A stretch of DNA of 64,000 nucleotides from contig CAWJAX010000002.1 in NCBI GenBank assembly GCA_963841015.1, positions 256,001 to 320,000 on the forward strand, read 5' to 3'. Below are positions 60,993 to 64,000 of this stretch, piece by piece. The notes under the pieces are model-generated. The model saw only the letters and a program-made list of their open reading frames with translations, ran no database searches and had not been told where the DNA came from. Position 1 is the first letter of the stretch, and the number at the start of each line of letters is the position of its first letter. Position numbers and translations under genes: made by a program. This DNA comes from an uncultured Methanoregulaceae archaeon. GTDB taxonomy: Archaea > Halobacteriota > Methanomicrobia > Methanomicrobiales > Methanospirillaceae.

Positions 60993-61865
60993 CTACAGAT
61001 CTATATCAAGCCCGAGAATTTCTTTTTTCCCGCAGAACACGTCGTGAGCGATCCTGACCAGGCCCCTGGATGCGCACCATTCATCAAATACTGCCACATC
61101 ACGACCAAGAAGTGCTTTTACCTCAGGTGCGATGACGGGTGCAAGACTGCCGGCAAGGGCTACCGTTGCGCGGTTATTCAATAAGAGAAGCGCGGCACAT
61201 TCCATGGCTGCAAACATGGCCACAGACCGCATGCGCTCTTTTTCCGGAAGGGAGAAATTTACTCCTGCATGCTGGAAAGCCTCATTTGCAGTGCATTCTC
61301 CTGCATCGATTCTTCGTATCGCGTCCACATCGAGTGCGCCATGAAGACTGCCGGGTGCAAAGATACAGGCGTCAAAAGCTCCTACCAGTTTTCCTGCAGA
61401 AATAAGAAGTGTCACGGTGTTGGAGCTTACATCAGAAACAATAACATCATCACCGAGAGCACAGCTGACTTCGTAGGCAATCCCAATCTTTTCAGGACTG
61501 GACTGATGTGAATATACTTTAAAACGGGGATCTGTGGGAGACCTGCGGTGGAGACCGGGAATAACCACGGCAGGGATACCGCTTTTCGCAACTTCATCAA
61601 AAACTCTTGTTCCTCCGCCGATATGCTGCCCGGCTCCCTCACGGCTGATAAGTCCACGGTTTTTCACCTTGCTGATATGCGTGATCGATGAAATATTATC
61701 CCCCATCGAATAACAGAGCGCAATGCCTTCAATTCCATCGACCGGACAAATCCTCGAGAGATCCTCTATGGTGAACTCTAATGCGGCCTCCCGTGAGATC
61801 TTGAACTCTCCCGATTCTCCGGCAAAACGCATGGCAGTTGTTCCGTGATCGATCCCTATGAACAT
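60993..61865 (-). CDS. Methanogenesis marker 12 protein
   Basis: It contains MFIGIDHGTT, YSMGD, GGGTRV, PGLHR, SDVSSNTVT and HGALD. Confidence 0.9.
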   Translation of the reverse strand: MFIGIDHGTTAMRFAGESGEFKISREAALEFTIEDLSRICPVDGIEGIALCYSMGDNISSITHISKVKNRGLISREGAGQHIGGGTRVFDEVAKSGIPAVVIPGLHRRSPTDPRFKVYSHQSSPEKIGIAYEVSCALGDDVIVSDVSSNTVTLLISAGKLVGAFDACIFAPGSLHGALDVDAIRRIDAGECTANEAFQHAGVNFSLPEKERMRSVAMFAAMECAALLLLNNRATVALAGSLAPVIAPEVKALLGRDVAVFDEWCASRGLVRIAHDVFCGKKEILGLDIDL

Positions 61866-61904
61866 ACCAGTAATCCTATAGCATGGATGACATATTATGT
61901 TGTG

Positions 61905-62849
61905 ATGTTTGATGTCGTGACAGGTGGAGCCGGGTTCATCGGTTCGCACCTTGTTGATACTCTTGTTGCACAGGGCAACGAGGTTCTGGTTATTGACTCA
62001 CTATGTTCCGGGAAGAAGGAAACGATTGCCCGCCATATCGATTCCTGTAAGGTCAGGTTTGTGCAAAAAGACCTGCTGGGCGATGAGTGGCAGGATACCA
62101 TTCAGGGTGCAGACCGGCTCTTTCATCTTGCAGCGGATCCTGATGTCCGCCAGAGCGCTGTGAACCCTGACCCGACTATGCAGAACAATATCCTGGCCAC
62201 GTACAGGGTCCTCGAAGCCATGCGTTTGCATGATGTTCCCGAACTGGTGTTCACTTCTACATCAACGGTCTATGGCGACGCGACCGTTATACCGACCCCG
62301 GAGAGCTACACTCCTCTCGAACCCATATCAGTGTACGGCGCGAGCAAGCTGGCCTGTGAAGCACTTATCTCAGCGTACTGCCACTCGTTTGGTATGAAAA
62401 CCTGGACGTTCCGGTTTGCCAATATCATCGGATCACGGAGTGGTCATGGGGTGATTATTGATTTTATCCGGAAACTTGAGGAGAACCCGGCTGAACTGGA
62501 GATCCTCGGCGATGGGAAACAGACTAAATCCTACCTTGAAGTACATGAATGTGTAGCGGCAATGCTCTTTGCAGTCGGCCATGCCCGTGATACGGTCAAT
62601 ACGTTCAATATCGGTTCCGAGGACTGGATTGATGTGAAAAGTATCGCAGAGATTGTCACAGAAGAGATGCATCTTCCCTCAACGAAGTTCAGGTTCACGG
62701 GTGGTGAACGTGGTTGGATCGGGGACGTGCCGAAGATGCAACTTGCAATCGATAAAATCAAAGGATTGCGCTGGAAGCCGCAGATCGGTTCACGGGAGAG
62801 CGTGAGGATCGCAGTCAGAGCAATGCTCGCAGAACGGCAGCACCCATAA
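61905..62849 (+). CDS. NAD-dependent epimerase/dehydratase (GalE-like)
   Basis: It contains VTGGAGFIGSHL, STSTVYG, YGASK, RFANIIG and GDGKQTKSY. Confidence 0.93.
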   Translation: MFDVVTGGAGFIGSHLVDTLVAQGNEVLVIDSLCSGKKETIARHIDSCKVRFVQKDLLGDEWQDTIQGADRLFHLAADPDVRQSAVNPDPTMQNNILATYRVLEAMRLHDVPELVFTSTSTVYGDATVIPTPESYTPLEPISVYGASKLACEALISAYCHSFGMKTWTFRFANIIGSRSGHGVIIDFIRKLEENPAELEILGDGKQTKSYLEVHECVAAMLFAVGHARDTVNTFNIGSEDWIDVKSIAEIVTEEMHLPSTKFRFTGGERGWIGDVPKMQLAIDKIKGLRWKPQIGSRESVRIAVRAMLAERQHP

Positions 62850-62895
62850 TGACGGTTCAAAAAAAACCAAAGATACCTCCAGAACAGTGATTCCT

Positions 62896-64000
62896 ATGAA
62901 GTATATGGTCATTCTTGGTGATGGTATGGCGGATGAACCGCTCGTGCAACTGGGAGGTAAAACTCCCCTTGAATATGCAAAAACACCGAATATGGATCGG
63001 ATGGCCAAAAATGGTGCATGCGGGATGCTCCGGACAATTCCCGATGATTTTGAAGCGGGCAGCGATATTGCCAATATGTCCATCCTCGGCTATGCCCCGG
63101 AGATGTATTACACTGGCCGGGGGCCGCTCGAAGCGGTGAGCATGGGGGTCGATCTTGATGCAGGCGATGTCGCATACCGCTGCAATCTGGTGACCGTGCA
63201 AAACGGGACTATGGCAGACTTCTCAGCGGGTCATATCTCCAGTCCTGAGGGTGCCGAGCTCTTATCCTCACTCGGAAACAGGATCCCAGGGGTGATGTTC
63301 AGGCCGGGAGTCAGCTATCGCAACCTGCTTGTTGTGCATGACGGAAAGGGCGCCACCTCCACCCCGCCCCATGACATCGTGGGGAAAAACATTGCTGATT
63401 ATCTCCCGAAAGGCGGGGATGCCGGTCGGCTCCTGCAGTGCATGGAGAAAAGTACGGAGATCTTTTTCGAGCATAAGGTGAATTATGCACGACAACAATC
63501 CGGCAAACCCCCAGCGACCCAGATCTGGCCGTGGAGTGGCGGGCACAAACCAGCATTTCCCTCCTTTGAGAAAAAGTACGGGAAGAAAGGCGGGGTAATA
63601 TCAGCTGTTGACCTCTTAAACGGGATTGCGAGGTGTGCCGGGCATGGAAGTGATTACCGTCCCGGGTGCTACCGGCTACCTCGATACGGACTATGACGCG
63701 AAGGGACGCTATGCTCTCGAAGCAATCAGACACCTTGATTTCCTCTATCTTCACATCGAGGCGCCTGATGAAGCCGGGCATCTGGGGAATGTAGAAGAGA
63801 AGGTCCGTGCGATCGAACGGGTTGATGGTGTTATAGGCATGATCCTTGAAGAGTTTGAGGGTGTCCTGGCTGTGCTTCCCGATCATCCGACCCCAATCAG
63901 GGTGAAGACGCATACGAGGGATCCGGTCCCCTTCGTTGTTATCGGTAAAGAAAAGGATGCAACGGAACGATACTCAGAGCAGGCAGCCCGATCCGGAGGA
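62896..64000 (+). pseudogene. apgM: Cofactor-independent phosphoglycerate mutase ApgM, +1 frameshift near 63641, 3' end outside the window
   Basis: It contains GDGMAD, KTPLE, GSDIAN and YTGRGPLEA. After the shift it continues VPGATGYLDTDY, HIEAPDEAGH, PDHPTP and HTRDPVP. Confidence 0.9.

Noticed and set aside
1-64000. CRISPR array, transposase, integrase or prophage
   Set aside because: I saw no regularly spaced direct repeats and no recognisable transposase, integrase or viral ORF. The tRNA-Val 3' end is not duplicated in the window.

Overview
This is a 64-kb stretch of core chromosome from a methanogenic archaeon, most likely Methanomicrobiales (Methanoregula-like). The assignment rests on methanogenesis marker 12, porCDAB, archaeal endA-trpS-pheS-pheT, aIF-1A, a COG1361 S-layer gene next to an HAE3 RND gene, and a short-form NifB. 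About 65 genes and one tRNA-Val(TAC) can be supported. No rRNA, CRISPR array, transposase or integrase is visible. DNA repair and modification genes are scattered through the window (uvsE, nreA-dinB, orphan dam, nfo, ogg). Seven genes carry single-base frameshifts, four of them at AGCT or GTAC sites, which most likely reflects methylation-linked sequencing errors. The observations the ORF track does not explain are: (1) a structured ~130-bp intergenic repeat family with at least 5 copies and a compensatory base-pair change; (2) aIF-1A apparently starting at a non-canonical ATT codon; (3) two unannotated paralogous ~52-aa microproteins; (4) a membrane sensor kinase fused to a GNAT acetyltransferase directly upstream of nreA-dinB; (5) a structured leader ahead of a CxxC-x17-CxxC zinc-ribbon gene; and (6) an orphan short transcription unit downstream of dinB. 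All product calls come from motif recognition by eye; no database search was run.
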